The notes under the pieces: generated by a model
What the model was told of the DNA's origin: nothing
Database searches by the model: none
Seen by the model: the letters and a program-made list of their open reading frames with translations, nothing else
Source of the DNA: Camelus dromedarius
Lineage: Eukaryota
DNA: 64,000 bases
Assembly: GCF_036321535.1 (NCBI RefSeq)
Contig: NC_087437.1
Coordinates: forward strand, 101,310,001-101,374,000
Direction of reading: 5' to 3'
Shown: one piece after another, positions 1-11,554 of the stretch
Position numbering within the stretch: position 1 is the stretch's first letter
Layout of the letters: each line of letters begins with the position of its first letter
Program-made: the position numbers and the translations under genes

Positions 1-569
1 CCAGTTAGTTTTTCATTGTCTACACTGCAGGAGGCACTCTCTGGTAGGTAATGATATGGTACACAAAGATCCCCTTGCTTTGGACTCACTACTCTAGTGC
101 ATTCTCATTCTACTTTTTCATATATTATTGTTTTCGGTCTTCCACGCTTGTCCCTTCCAGGTGCCAAGTCATTGCTAGAACCTGTCCTTACCTCAGAGGA
201 TCACTGGAAAAACAGGTCGAGTCTAATTTGTGAGGATTATTTTGTGTTTTCATTCTTTAATCAACAGTGAACAATGAGTAATTTTCTTTTTTAATTCAGA
301 TAATAACTTGGAAACATTACTTTTTTTTTCCCCATTGGATCTGAAAGAAATATCATTGGGATGATTTAACCCCAAAGCCTCATACTGGAAAACAACTGAT
401 GTAAAGTATAATTGATATGTATTATATAAATATGAGCTGTAATGCTGTAAATATTTTAAAGAAAGTGGCAAACTATCATGCCACTTATAAGCAACTCCCA
501 TGGTGGCAAAATATCAAATATTAGCAACCTAAGCCAAAAATTTCCATTCCCATAGAATTAAGACAATGC

Positions 570-885
570 TTAAACAGATTGTGTAATTCCATTTAGATGA
601 TCTATCCAGTGTATACACAAGGCAGTGTCTCCAGAGGTAATAATTAGGTTACTGAGTTGCTTAGAATGGGATTCAAGGGCGGGGCTTGAGAGAGAGTGGG
701 GCGATGTGATGAAAAGTGACTGCTCATGGATGCAAGGTTTATTTTGGGGTATGATGAAAATATTCAAACATAAGATTATGGTAATGGCTGTGCAACTTTG
801 TAAATATGCTAAAGATTTTACAATTTAAATGAATAAATTTATGGTCATAAATTATAACCCAATAAATATATTTAAAAAAAGAAAA
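570..885 (+). mobile_element. Old L1 3' end fragment (L1MB-like)
   Basis: Diverged match to the recalled L1MB 3' UTR: 'agtgactgctcatggatgcaaggtttattttggggtatgatgaaaatatt...ggctgtgcaactttgtaaatatgctaaa...aataaa', followed by an A-rich end. Confidence 0.8.
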
Positions 886-1764
886 GTAAACAAGAGTGTG
901 TCTTATAATATAAAATGTTCAAATATAAGGTGCCTCCCTCTTTTATTGGGGGGTTAAGGACATGACTTAAATTGGGCCAGATATCGTTTTCTTTGCTCCT
1001 ACTTGTAATGATGAGAGAGCATTAGGATTAGAACTAACATTTGACTTAAAAGTCAGGCATGTTCTATCTGGATGTTAAGGTAGACATTATTTTTAGGAAA
1101 TTAGGCACCACACTTGCTATTTTGGTTAGAGAAATTGAGTCACGACAAGTTTTACATATACAATTTGTCCATATTTTCATAATTCCATATAAGATTCACT
1201 TTTCTTTCTCCTTTCACTGGAAAGCAGAAAATAATTCAATTCAAACTATCTTGAACAGAGAAAACAAACAAATCACAACAATAAGCAATGGGCTAAAGAT
1301 AATTTTTCTGCTTAATTTTCACATTTGGAATCTTCAAAAGTGTTGCATTCATTTCTAGAGGGCCTAACGATGCAGTCTGTGACAAATGCTTAGATCGTGG
1401 GCTGTCTGTGTTCCATACAGGCTCTCTACAAAATGTGCACATTACCTGTACTTAAATTCATGGCATCCAACCGTGAAATGATGCTAAATTCCTGCGCAAA
1501 GTCTTCTCATGTCTCTGATCTCCGCTGAAATCCCGATTAATTCACCCTCTGCACCTCTTACATTGTTATCTAATTCTAGCCAAAATATAGCAGATTTCAT
1601 CATCTAATGGTAAATCTTTTTCATGAAATGTCTTACTCTTTTTTTCGTAACTTGTAGTTTCTTTTGTTTTCTCTTGCTTTGAGTGCATTTGTATGCTTAG
1701 TCCATAGTAGGTTCTCTCTGGAGCTTTTCTAGTTCAGGTTCATTGTCATGATTGACAGCTTCCA

Positions 1765-1870
1765 GCTTAATACACTTCAATCAGGTTTCGGTCCTTACCT
1801 CTTCACTGAGACTAACTCTTACACAAGTCACAGAACACCTCAATATTACCAAATCCATTAGTCACTCTAA
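1765..1870 (+). mobile_element. L2 LINE fragment (RT region)
   Basis: 'caatcaggtttcggtccttacctcttcactgagactaactcttacacaagtcac...ccaaatcca' resembles the L2 QSGFRP..STETAL..V segment. Confidence 0.65.
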
Positions 1871-2637
1871 ATTTTTTTTTCACAGAGATAATCTCATGGA
1901 AAATAAGGGTCAAAAAATCAACCCATAAATGACAGTTCCCGATAATCCCTGTGTTGTTAATTACTACAACATAATTATTGCAGCACAGGTTTCAATCAGA
2001 CAAGGTAAATTTTTGAGATATTTTTAAATAATGATTTTTCTGAGTCATTATGGACCCTTGATTAGTATTTCTTGGAACATGATTTTTCATTGAAAGATTT
2101 ATATTTTCTAGTTTATTCCAAGTAGCCTAAGATAAAGAATATCCACATGCTGTATTTTCAGTCTTCAAAATAATTTCAAGAAATAAGGCCAAACTTCTAG
2201 TAAAAAAGACATGCATGTGTAAAATATACATGTAAGGGACATAAGAAAAATATGACTTGGATGCAGAGAAAGATATGTTAAATTCTGATAATCCAGGGAA
2301 ATCCAGGAACACTTCACAAAAGTTGTAAAATTTTCTGATTTCTTCAACTGAAGAAGATACACTGTGTTTGTAAAAATATTATGAGCAAAAATACAAAGGC
2401 ACTCAGAGAATGATGAATACAATTTATAATGAAGCTATAAATTTCCTTTGCAGTGCTGCTAAGATTTGAGATAGAAAATATCCATCGAGGTCAATTTGCA
2501 GGGAATTTAAACCCATTCACTGAAAACAAGTGTTGAAAGATGTCTCTACTTCTTATCTTTGTCATTCTTTGTCAAATGAAATAGCTCCATGAGTAAAGAC
2601 TGCGATGTTTACAATTGTAAAAAGAACTGAGATTTTA

Positions 2638-2742
2638 GGGGGTTGGCATAACTCAGTGGTAGAGCACATGCTTAGCATGCACGAGGTCCTGGGTTCAATC
2701 CCCAGTATCTCCATTAAAAGAAAAAAAAACAAAAAAAAAAAA
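2638..2742 (+). mobile_element. tRNA-Ala(AGC)-derived SINE, Vic-1-like (camelid)
   Basis: 'gggggttggcataactcagtggtagagcacatgcttagcatgcacgaggtcctgggttcaatccccagtatctcca' has an A box, the AGC anticodon loop and B box GGTTCAATCCC, followed by an A-rich tail (2716-2742). The acceptor and D stems are imperfect. Confidence 0.85.
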
Positions 2743-2841
2743 CCTCACACAACTGAATAGAATAAAAAACAACAATAGTAATAAAAGTTGAGAGCTTGTG
2801 TAAAGTTTCTTTCATTAAAAAACCAACAGGGCCACGTATTA

Positions 2842-2873
2842 AATGGTAGCATAGAATGGTAGCATAGAATGGT
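2842..2873. repeat. 13-bp tandem duplication (aatggtagcatag x2.5)
   Basis: Exact copies at 2842-2854 and 2855-2867, plus a partial copy at 2868-2873. Confidence 0.9.
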
Positions 2874-3711
2874 TAAATATTTTACTAGCTTCAATGTAAC
2901 ATTTTAATATTTGATCTGGAAATCTCAGCCAAGTGTTTACAGACACTCCAAGCCATGTGTGGCATCCTGCTCAGATCTCCCTTTAAAAGAAGCTGCTGTG
3001 ATGAGTATATTCAACTCAAAGCCACTGACAAATTCAACCTTGGTTCATCATCAACTTTCATCCTAAAGCCATGTTTTTCCTGGTCTGCCTGCAGCACAAT
3101 GAGGAGCATAAAATCCAGACCACTGCTGCTTGAGCAGGACTCCACAAATAGGTCATCTTTCACTGGAGACACTTCCTCAGTTTGCCTAAGTCTTTTTCAT
3201 AGTTTGCTACAGTCTAAGGCTCTTTCTGCCCAATGCACCTCCTTTCCGTCTTTCTTTTTCTTTCACAGGTGGCGGATGGCTCACTGCACCTGTTTCTGCT
3301 TTCTAACTCTTTAGCCTGTAATAAATCTCATCATTGTTCAATTCCACCTTGGTGACAGCTTCGCAGAGAAATCTAACGACATATCCTACCACTGACACTC
3401 CTTCCCAACTACCTGCGACCACGTACCTTTCTTTTAGACATCCTATGCAACTTAATGCCTCTATGTCTTGTTAAATGTTTTGTTTTGTTTTGTTTTTTCC
3501 TGCCTGAGATTCCATTTCACAGGTTTTAAGTTTTAGGCAATTATACAAATTTATCTTTATTTTGACTTTTGTAATGTTGTAATTCAGCAAAATAATCCCT
3601 TTCACCTTTTAATCAAATAGCTGATCTTCTAAAATTTAAGTATAAAAATCTGTCTTCCTTAATGGTACACACTAAGAAATACAAATATATATTATATATA
3701 TATAAATATAT

Positions 3712-3885
3712 ATTTAATTAAAGTATATCTGTTTTACAATATTATGTAAGTTATAGAAGTACAATGTAATGAGTCACAATTTTTAAAGCTTATACTCCAT
3801 TTATAGTTATTGTAAAGTATTGGAAATAATCCCTGTGTTGTATCCTTTTAACTTATTTTATACCTAATTGTTTGCACCTCTCAAT
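3712..3885 (-). mobile_element. L1 3' UTR fragment, same subfamily as 46368-47606
   Basis: The reverse complement aligns to 47430-47605 (e.g. shared 'ataactataaatggagtataa' and 'aacttacataat'). Confidence 0.85.
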
Positions 3886-4398
3886 CTGGGCTTGAATATT
3901 TTTACTTGAATTAAGGTCCATGATTTTTTTGGAAGGAGGGTTGTCACCAGTACATACTAGCTTATTCAAGGGCATGGACTGAAACCATATATGTGTAAGT
4001 CTGTGTGTCTTTAACTTTTCTTGTAAGCAGGGTGTGGAGGTGGGAATGAGCTGAGAGCAGGAAGACTGGGAAGAAGAAGGAATAATGCCCAAGTGAGAGA
4101 CTGGCCCAGGTGGGCTTTTACTAGAGTGGTCTGGGAGCCAACAAGGTGAGATGTATATTGGCAGAGTATTAATGAGGGAATCAAAAAGACAAAAGGAAAA
4201 ATAATTATAAGAGAGATCCATTTGAATGTCTCCACTCTAGAGAGATCTGGCAGTAATTTTAGAAACTTGATTTGGTCAGGGCTGTCCATTCAACAAGAAG
4301 GATATTGTCTCTACCAAGCCCTAATGTTCCCAGCACATAGTCTCAGGCCTTGAAAGCATTACTGCAGTCCTTCCGGAAAAATCTAGTATATGTGACTC

Positions 4399-4410
4399 TG
4401 TGTGTGTGTG

Positions 4411-4447
<37 letters not shown>
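4399..4447. repeat. (TG)n microsatellite
   Basis: TG run with one short G interruption. Confidence 0.95.
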
Positions 4448-4448
<1 letters not shown>

Positions 4449-7400
4449 TTTCTTCCCTACCAGGAACTCACTATATTGGGCACATGGAAGATAGGTCAGT
4501 AATTTCAGTAATTTTCCAAAAGAAACTCAGAATATTAGAAATCAATGAGTGGAAGAAAAGTCTTATTGCCGTGAGTATGCAACATGCTGCAACATTATTT
4601 TGCAGAAAAAAAATTTGAATTCATATTGATTTTGAAATAAATTCATATATTATGATCAAAATATTTACACACATGTATAAGAAATATTCTTGCAAACATA
4701 TATTTCTAATATATTTTATATCGTCCCAAGTCGGCAATTTGCCACAGGATTCTTGGAAAATCAAAGTTTAATACTCAACACCATTGATATGACCTTGGGT
4801 TGCTGATAAATGGAAGCAGTAAGACGCTACCCAACAGGGTTGCATTTCCCACCTGCATTTTGACCCGTTTCCTTAATGACCTTGGCAGCTGATATAAATT
4901 GCTTTTTGGAGGGAGCCCAGAGGAGTGTTAGAAAGCTTAAAGATTTTGCTCCATGTTACAGTAGATGGCTTTTAACAGTGAAGGAAAAAAAGTGGCAACT
5001 TCTGACATATAAAAATGTCTCTTTTGATTTTGATGGTAGATAGCAAGGATTTCTCTTTCACAACAGTAGGGAAGAGGTGCTATTTCAACAGAGATATACT
5101 AAATAAAATACAGTCATTCGAATGCTATGCTATTCTCTCTTGTACTCATATCGTGGTCTCTGTTTGCGCAGTCCCCATTGTAATCACTTAACTAGTCCAG
5201 TCTATGGTCTGTTATTTTCAACGTAGTCTCACCTCAGTATACATTTCCAAGTCAAGAAGAATCTCAGTCTCATAGTTAAGCTTGTAAAATATTGTTTCTT
5301 TAAATCACGTGAATGAGGTCCATGGGGAAAAAAATAGAGGTCACTGCTTTCCCCTTAGATTTGTAAAGACAATTAAATTTGTAGAATTTCAAGTAATTTT
5401 GTGGAATAGTCTCTTACCTTGGATTGAAAATATATGATCAATTAAGAATAAAATCTACAAACATCCCTAACATAAATAAAATGAAGCTTATTTGGAATTA
5501 ATAACTGTATTTTATATTAATAACTGATTTTATTTTTTATTTATCATAGCCACAATTAAGGTCCTTCAGGTCTGTTTAATGTAGAAAAAGACTGAAATAA
5601 TAAATAAATGAGTAGTCTGAAGGCACCAAAAAATTATAAGATGATTTGACTTAAATGTAGACCCATGCACGCACATACATGCACACACTATTTATTGTGT
5701 TTATTTGACATGGCTCTGAAAACTATTCAGGCTTTTCAAATGCTATTCTATTTGTTCAACAGACTTACATGTACTCATCCACACTCCATATTTACCATAT
5801 GCTTTCTATAATGCTTTTTATCTTTTTTTTGTATTTAAAAAATTTCTCCATTTTTCTGGACCCCCAGAAAATAACCACTATCTTCACATGTAAATATATT
5901 TATAACACCTTTCCCATCTTATGAACACAAAATCCCAAGATAACGAAAGAAGATATGAAAACGAAAGTAAAGAGTGTACTATGTTCTTATGAGTACCTGA
6001 AAGATTTAGTTAAAACAAACTGGACAGCAAACAAAAAGTTGCAAAAACGATGCTAATGTTTCACAGTACAAAAATCAAATGTGTGAAGATACATTTGGGA
6101 TGCATCAAGGGTAATTTAAATGAAGTTTAACAAAATGGTTGAGACAACAAATTGCTTTCTGTCGTAGTTCAGGGAAATTTACCTTTACTGGCGTAGCATA
6201 ATGTCATCTGGAAAATGCATCCCTTGATATTTCCTGATATACTCCTTTTTTCCTGTCCAATCTACCAGGATAGGCTACATTCAAACAAGCATAGAAAATA
6301 GAATTATGTAGAAAAAAAATTCCCCTTTGACTCTAGACTCACTACAGAGCATCAGATTGATGCATGGATATAAAACTATGGTTACTCAAATCCCAATTGG
6401 TCGATACATTCATTTGCTTGACCTAAACAGATTGAGACTTTCACAGTAAAACATCCAATTTTACCTGTCAATCATTGTAGCATAGGCTGTGACCAAAATT
6501 ATGGCTCCAGTAGCCACTTTCAATGAAGCTCAAACGTTTGGTGGCTGTGACTAAGATATAATATAGCTAGAAAATTATAAATTGCTTTCTGTTGGTTTGA
6601 TGCATGAGCAGGTAGGCAATATCATAAAACTGTGTTTCATGTGGTTAATATTTTCATTTCTATAAACATTAATTCACACTTCTTTGGAAAGTTTTGCGAA
6701 CAGAAAAAAGTAACTAATGAAAGTACTGATTGTGTCATAACTTTTTTTTCCAGCACCTTTTGTTAGAACATAAATATAGGCTGACATTTCTTCCCTTTCC
6801 ACATAACCTGTGAAGGGTATCAAATAACCCACAGATGATAGGTTTAAAATTACAGTGAGGATGGGTTAATTAGTTGGAGCATCATCTTGATAGGAAACTC
6901 ATCCCCAATCATTTGGAATTCATGTACTATCTTTGTTACGAAATGAGATAATAAGTCAAAGTGACTTACATGCCTGAAAAATAGCAGTCTTCCTCTATAA
7001 CTCTGACCTTTCTCAAGTTTATATTTCCATTGTGTGTGATGATTATAACAAGTCTTGCTATGTTTCTGGCTTCTTAGTATTCAGGATTTGCAGCTGAACA
7101 TTTAGAGAGGCACTGTTAAACATCAGAAACAACCCCAATTTTAAGTCAGATACAAATTTATAGGGAATTGTGTTTCTGACTGTTGGACATCATTCATCCT
7201 ATTTGTTATAAATATCAAGATTCAGAGAAATGGGAGCCCAGGAATGGGGCATAAAAACCTCCTAAAGAGATGGTATAAATTAACATCTCAAATTCTGAAT
7301 TGGTCTCCATGCCTTAGCATTAAATGCCCTCACTATTCTCTCCTTCACATCAGGATTAAATGTTCTTTTCCAAGGCAAACTTGTTTTCAGCTATCCCTAT

Positions 7401-7759
7401 CTCAATAGGGGATGCAAATAGAACGAGAGGAGCTTTAAAGCACAGCTGCTTTTTTTAATCATGAAAAATGGAGAAGAGAGTTGCTAATAAGGAGATAATT
7501 TAAAGGCAAAATAATACAGAGTATATAGAACAAAAGTGGCCATTGCCATTTATATATTATACTATTTCTAATTTTGGTATAAGCAAACTAAACTTTTCCA
7601 TTTTTTTTTTCATTTTTATGAAAATAATTCCATCTAAATGTCTTCAGCCATATAAGACACACACAGCCAATTCTAACTCAAATATACACATATGACTGTA
7701 TGTGTATCCTTAAAACAGAACGAACTTATTGTTTCTAATATTTCCAGGTAATGTATTAT

Positions 7760-8110
7760 CTGTAATGATATTAGGTGATTAAAACCAGATCCGGACCTAA
7801 GTTTCAAGTAAAGAAGACACATCATAATCTAAATATGTATAAACAAAGATGTAACATCAAGTCATAACTATTATCATAACAGAGAACAGCACATGTGTGA
7901 GCGTATGCAACAAGAGGATATAATATAGTTGCTTGCCTAAAGAAATGCTATTTGAGATGGGATCTGGAGGATAGTAGTAATTTAAAAAATGGCAAGAGTG
8001 AAGAATTAGTGAGAACATAAGAATAGCACAGGTAGAAACCTTGTAGCAGGATGGAGTAAGACACCATAGAATGTGAATAAAGTTCAGTGTGTTCAGAGTT
8101 AGGAGAGGGA
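7760..8110 (-). mobile_element. L2 fragment
   Basis: Purine-rich antisense L2-like text ('aaagaaatgctatttgagatgggatctggaggatag...aagaatagcacaggtagaaaccttgtagcagga'); highly diverged. Confidence 0.5.
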
Positions 8111-8113
8111 GCT

Positions 8114-8728
8114 TGTAGAAAAGACTGTTAACTTCTTACCAAAACATGCTTATTCTTCTCCCTGAAGACACAGCACAACTATATTTCCTATTCTGCCTCC
8201 CTTTTGTGTGTGGCCATGTGACCAAGATTTAACTGATGAAAATGAATGGAAGATATATGTGCTGACCCCAGGTTCTGGTCTAGGACATCTCCCCCTCATG
8301 CTTCTCTAGGCTGATTGCCTTCCCATCAACTGGTTGATTACTGTGCTGACCTTGGGAGTCATATGTTGATATGGGCAAAGCCTCCATCAGTCTCTCTTCC
8401 CAAATGACAGCATAAAGTGGTGGTTCTCAAATAGTGTGCTCATCAGAATCACCCAAAGAGCTTGTTCAGTCACAGATTACTGGGGTTTCTCGTGCATTCG
8501 ACCTGGGTAGGATCTGGGAACTTGCGTGTATAACTAGCTCCCAGGTGATAAGGATGCTGTTGGTCTAGGAACCACGGTTTGACACTATTTGCATCCAACA
8601 GAGCACCCCCTCACTTGTGGAAAACTGAGTATTATTAGGTGTGAAGGAGGTGACTTCTATTGTTTCTTTTTCTATTGTATATCTTTGGTTTGTTTGTTAA
8701 AATAGACAGTGTGGCCTGAATCAATATG
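8114..8728 (+). mobile_element. MaLR LTR (MLT1J-like), interrupted by MER5A
   Basis: Starts 'tgtag' and contains MLT1 hallmarks 'tatttcc..ctgcctccctt..gtgtggccatgtgacc' and 'gaccttgggagtcatatgttga'; resumes after 8591. Confidence 0.7.
8418..8591 (+). mobile_element. hAT-Charlie MITE, MER5A-like
   Basis: 'gtggttctcaaa..catcagaatcacc...gagcttgtt...cagattactggg...ctcccaggtgat..gatgctg..ggtc..ggaaccac'; ~175 bp with degenerate TIRs. Confidence 0.85.
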
Positions 8729-10556
8729 GAGATCAATGTGATATGAGGCAGATATTATTCCTCTTTGGAAAGATGCCTATTTTCTAATCACTGCCATTGG
8801 GTTATACAGGCAGCATGGGATTCGGTGTTGGTTAATGTAAATGAAGAAGAAGTTTGTTGTGGAATGATCTGAACTTTTTTTCCCATTCTGACATCCATGT
8901 AGCAGGTACTGTGGAGATGATCAGTTTCTGCCTTGCCAGAAGAAGATGCCTAGAACGGCTGCAGCCACACTGTGATAATGATCTGAGACAGAATGAGGAC
9001 CAAGCCACCCCAACAAGGGTGACAAAGTCACTCCCGAGAATGGGAGTTTCCTCCAGAATGAGGGAGTGGAGACAAGAGGCACTGACGTTAGAAACCAACC
9101 CTATTCAAGGACAGTGGTCTGTGCTGAACGACATTACCTTGGTGGTTCTTACTCTAGGGCAGTAAGTTAAAAACTCTGTGCAGAAAATGTACACAAGTAA
9201 AAGGTTTTTGTGTGGAAATAAAATCAAATAGCACAAAGGAGTTATATTCTGAAATGATGCACCATTTAACTAGTATACTTAGATACTCAAGTTTTGCTTC
9301 TATGAGTAGTTCACTATAATTTTTTCAAAGGTAGAATCAGAAAGTTAATCTCTAACTCCAGTTAGCAAAGAATAGCTCATATTGCTAGTATTTTATCCCT
9401 TAATTTATTTAGCAATACTTGTCCATGTGTATGAAATGTTGATGTTGTAGCCATTTAATATATGAAATCTCATCACTATTAGCTCAAATCACTCATTACA
9501 TAGAAAGTTTCAGACAAAACAGAAAAACTGTTATTCTTAATAAATTAGATAATTGTAAGATTTCCATTAATAAAAAATGAACTTCAGTGAAATATCTTGA
9601 CTAGAATTTTAAGAGATTAGTCATGGGTAAAATCAGTTTTCCCAGGGAGAAAGATAAGATAATTTATACATGCATATCTGATCCAAAGTACATGGATAAA
9701 GTTTGAAGGTATTTCTGAGAGAAAAAATAATATAAGAGTGAAAGAAGATAAATTCAAGATAATTCCTGACCAATGGTAAGAAAAGTTAAAGTTACAGATT
9801 ACTCAGTAACTGAGTAATTATTAAGATCATGGGATCCCAATTCCCTTATGATAGATGAAGTTTTCTTCCTTCTACCAACACATCCATTTATTCCCTGAAT
9901 CCCAACCCTTCCATCTTTCTTTAGAACTTGTATAATTTTCCTCTTCCTACTTCAACTTTACTGTCTCACCTGGTTTTATTCCATAATCATTTCAACAGGG
10001 TCTACTGTTTGTAGAAAGAAAAAAATAAACATCAACAACAAATGTCCCCATGCAGTCATCTCTCCCGCATATTATCCCATCTCCCTCCTCCTCTATGTAG
10101 TCAGACGTCCCTATGAATATCAGGATTAAAAATCCAAATGATTCAGACAGGTAATTTACAAAGTCAACTGTAATGATCCCCAAATACCTGTTTTCACTGT
10201 ATACGCAATGTACAAAGTTTGTTTTGAATGTTAATCACATATCAATATTCTTCACTCACCTTTCTCAAAATATATGAGTGTTTTGGTACAGCTTTACTTT
10301 TCTATTTTTGTTACAGGTAGAGGATAAAGCACTATTTTACTTTGTCATTCTCCAATAAGAAAGCAGTTCCATAAACATCTTGAGAAATAGCAACTGACAT
10401 CCAACTCAGTGTCAGGAAGATCAGAAAGAATAGTGAGAATGAATGCAAATTCTAGAGCAGCGTGATTCCAAATCATATCTACGGACTTTGCTAATGTGAG
10501 CACAGTTCACCAATAAGAAATTCAGTGAATGCTTGGCCCCCTTTTAGTTTATTATA

Positions 10557-11110
10557 CGCACTGGAGCCAGAGTGGTTTTGTTAAAAGCAATGATCTGTTC
10601 ATGTGGATTTGCTGCCTAGTATAATTCCATGTTTCCCCTTTGCCCTTAAGAGAAATGCTAAATTCTAAACATCATTTTCTAATATTCTTTGACTCTTGTC
10701 TCTTTCTTCAGACTCGATTTGTGTTTCTTTCTCCCTTGAAATTTAAGAGCCATCCAATGCCGGGCTACTTTCATTTCCTCAAATGGATTTTTCTATTTCC
10801 TGCCTCAGTTACTTGACCTTGCTGTTTTTTCGTTCTTGAAGTGCTCTTCCCACTTTTTTCTGGTTAACACTTGCTAATTTTTTTCTCTAGTAATCTTTCT
10901 CTACCTAACATCTGATTTTCAAGACTAGTTAAAGGCTATTCCAGCGGCTACTGCACTTCTTGAAACCCTTGCCTTCATTTATTGAACATCGATTTTCCCT
11001 ATTAGACTGTCATCTCCATGAGAGCATGATGCTTATTTTATCTGTAATATCTTATAGTGTCTTTTACAGTGGGTGTTACATTTACATTCGTAAAATGAAT
11101 AAATAAATGT
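10557..11110 (+). mobile_element. L2 3' end
   Basis: 'gccagagtggttttgttaaaa...tattagactgtcatctccatgagagca...' ending in the L2-type tail 'aatgaataaataaatg'. Confidence 0.7.
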
Positions 11111-11483
11111 CTCCAAACTGGAGTAGAGGTGAAGTTACTCTTGTGTTTTTTTATTCTCTTTTATTTTCCTCTTTCTTGCATTTTAAGCCCATAGAATAAA
11201 AATTACACATTTGTAACTAAATACATGACTCTAACCTAGTTAATGTATTAAATATCCAACTGAAAATATCCTTGTTCACAAACGATATAAATTTATCTTC
11301 TGTTAGGTTTATTTTTATATGTTATATGTGCATAGCTTTTTAAACTATCTTTAAATAGTTTTATTTAAGTATATGTATCTATACATCTATCTTTATTTTT
11401 ACTCTAACTGGAACATTTATTCCATAAAGTTTGTCAAGAGTAAATTGTCTTCACTGCAGAGACATATAAACACATACAAATAA

Positions 11484-11554
11484 AGAGAGAGAGACAGAGA
11501 CACAGAGAGAGAGAGAGAATATCTGTGTGTATGTGTGTGTGTGTGTGTGTGTGT
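11484..11554. repeat. Compound (GA)n/(TG)n microsatellite
   Basis: Read directly from the sequence. Confidence 0.9.

Noticed and set aside
2638..2713. Functional tRNA-Ala gene
   Set aside because: Mismatched acceptor and D stems, extra 5' bases, and an A-rich tail with no oligo-T terminator indicate a SINE.
6177..6216. 25-nt minus-strand exon (ttttccag|ATGACATTATGCTACGCCAGTAAAG|gtaaat)
   Set aside because: Very short pyrimidine tract with upstream AGs, not frame-preserving, and expected by chance in 64 kb.
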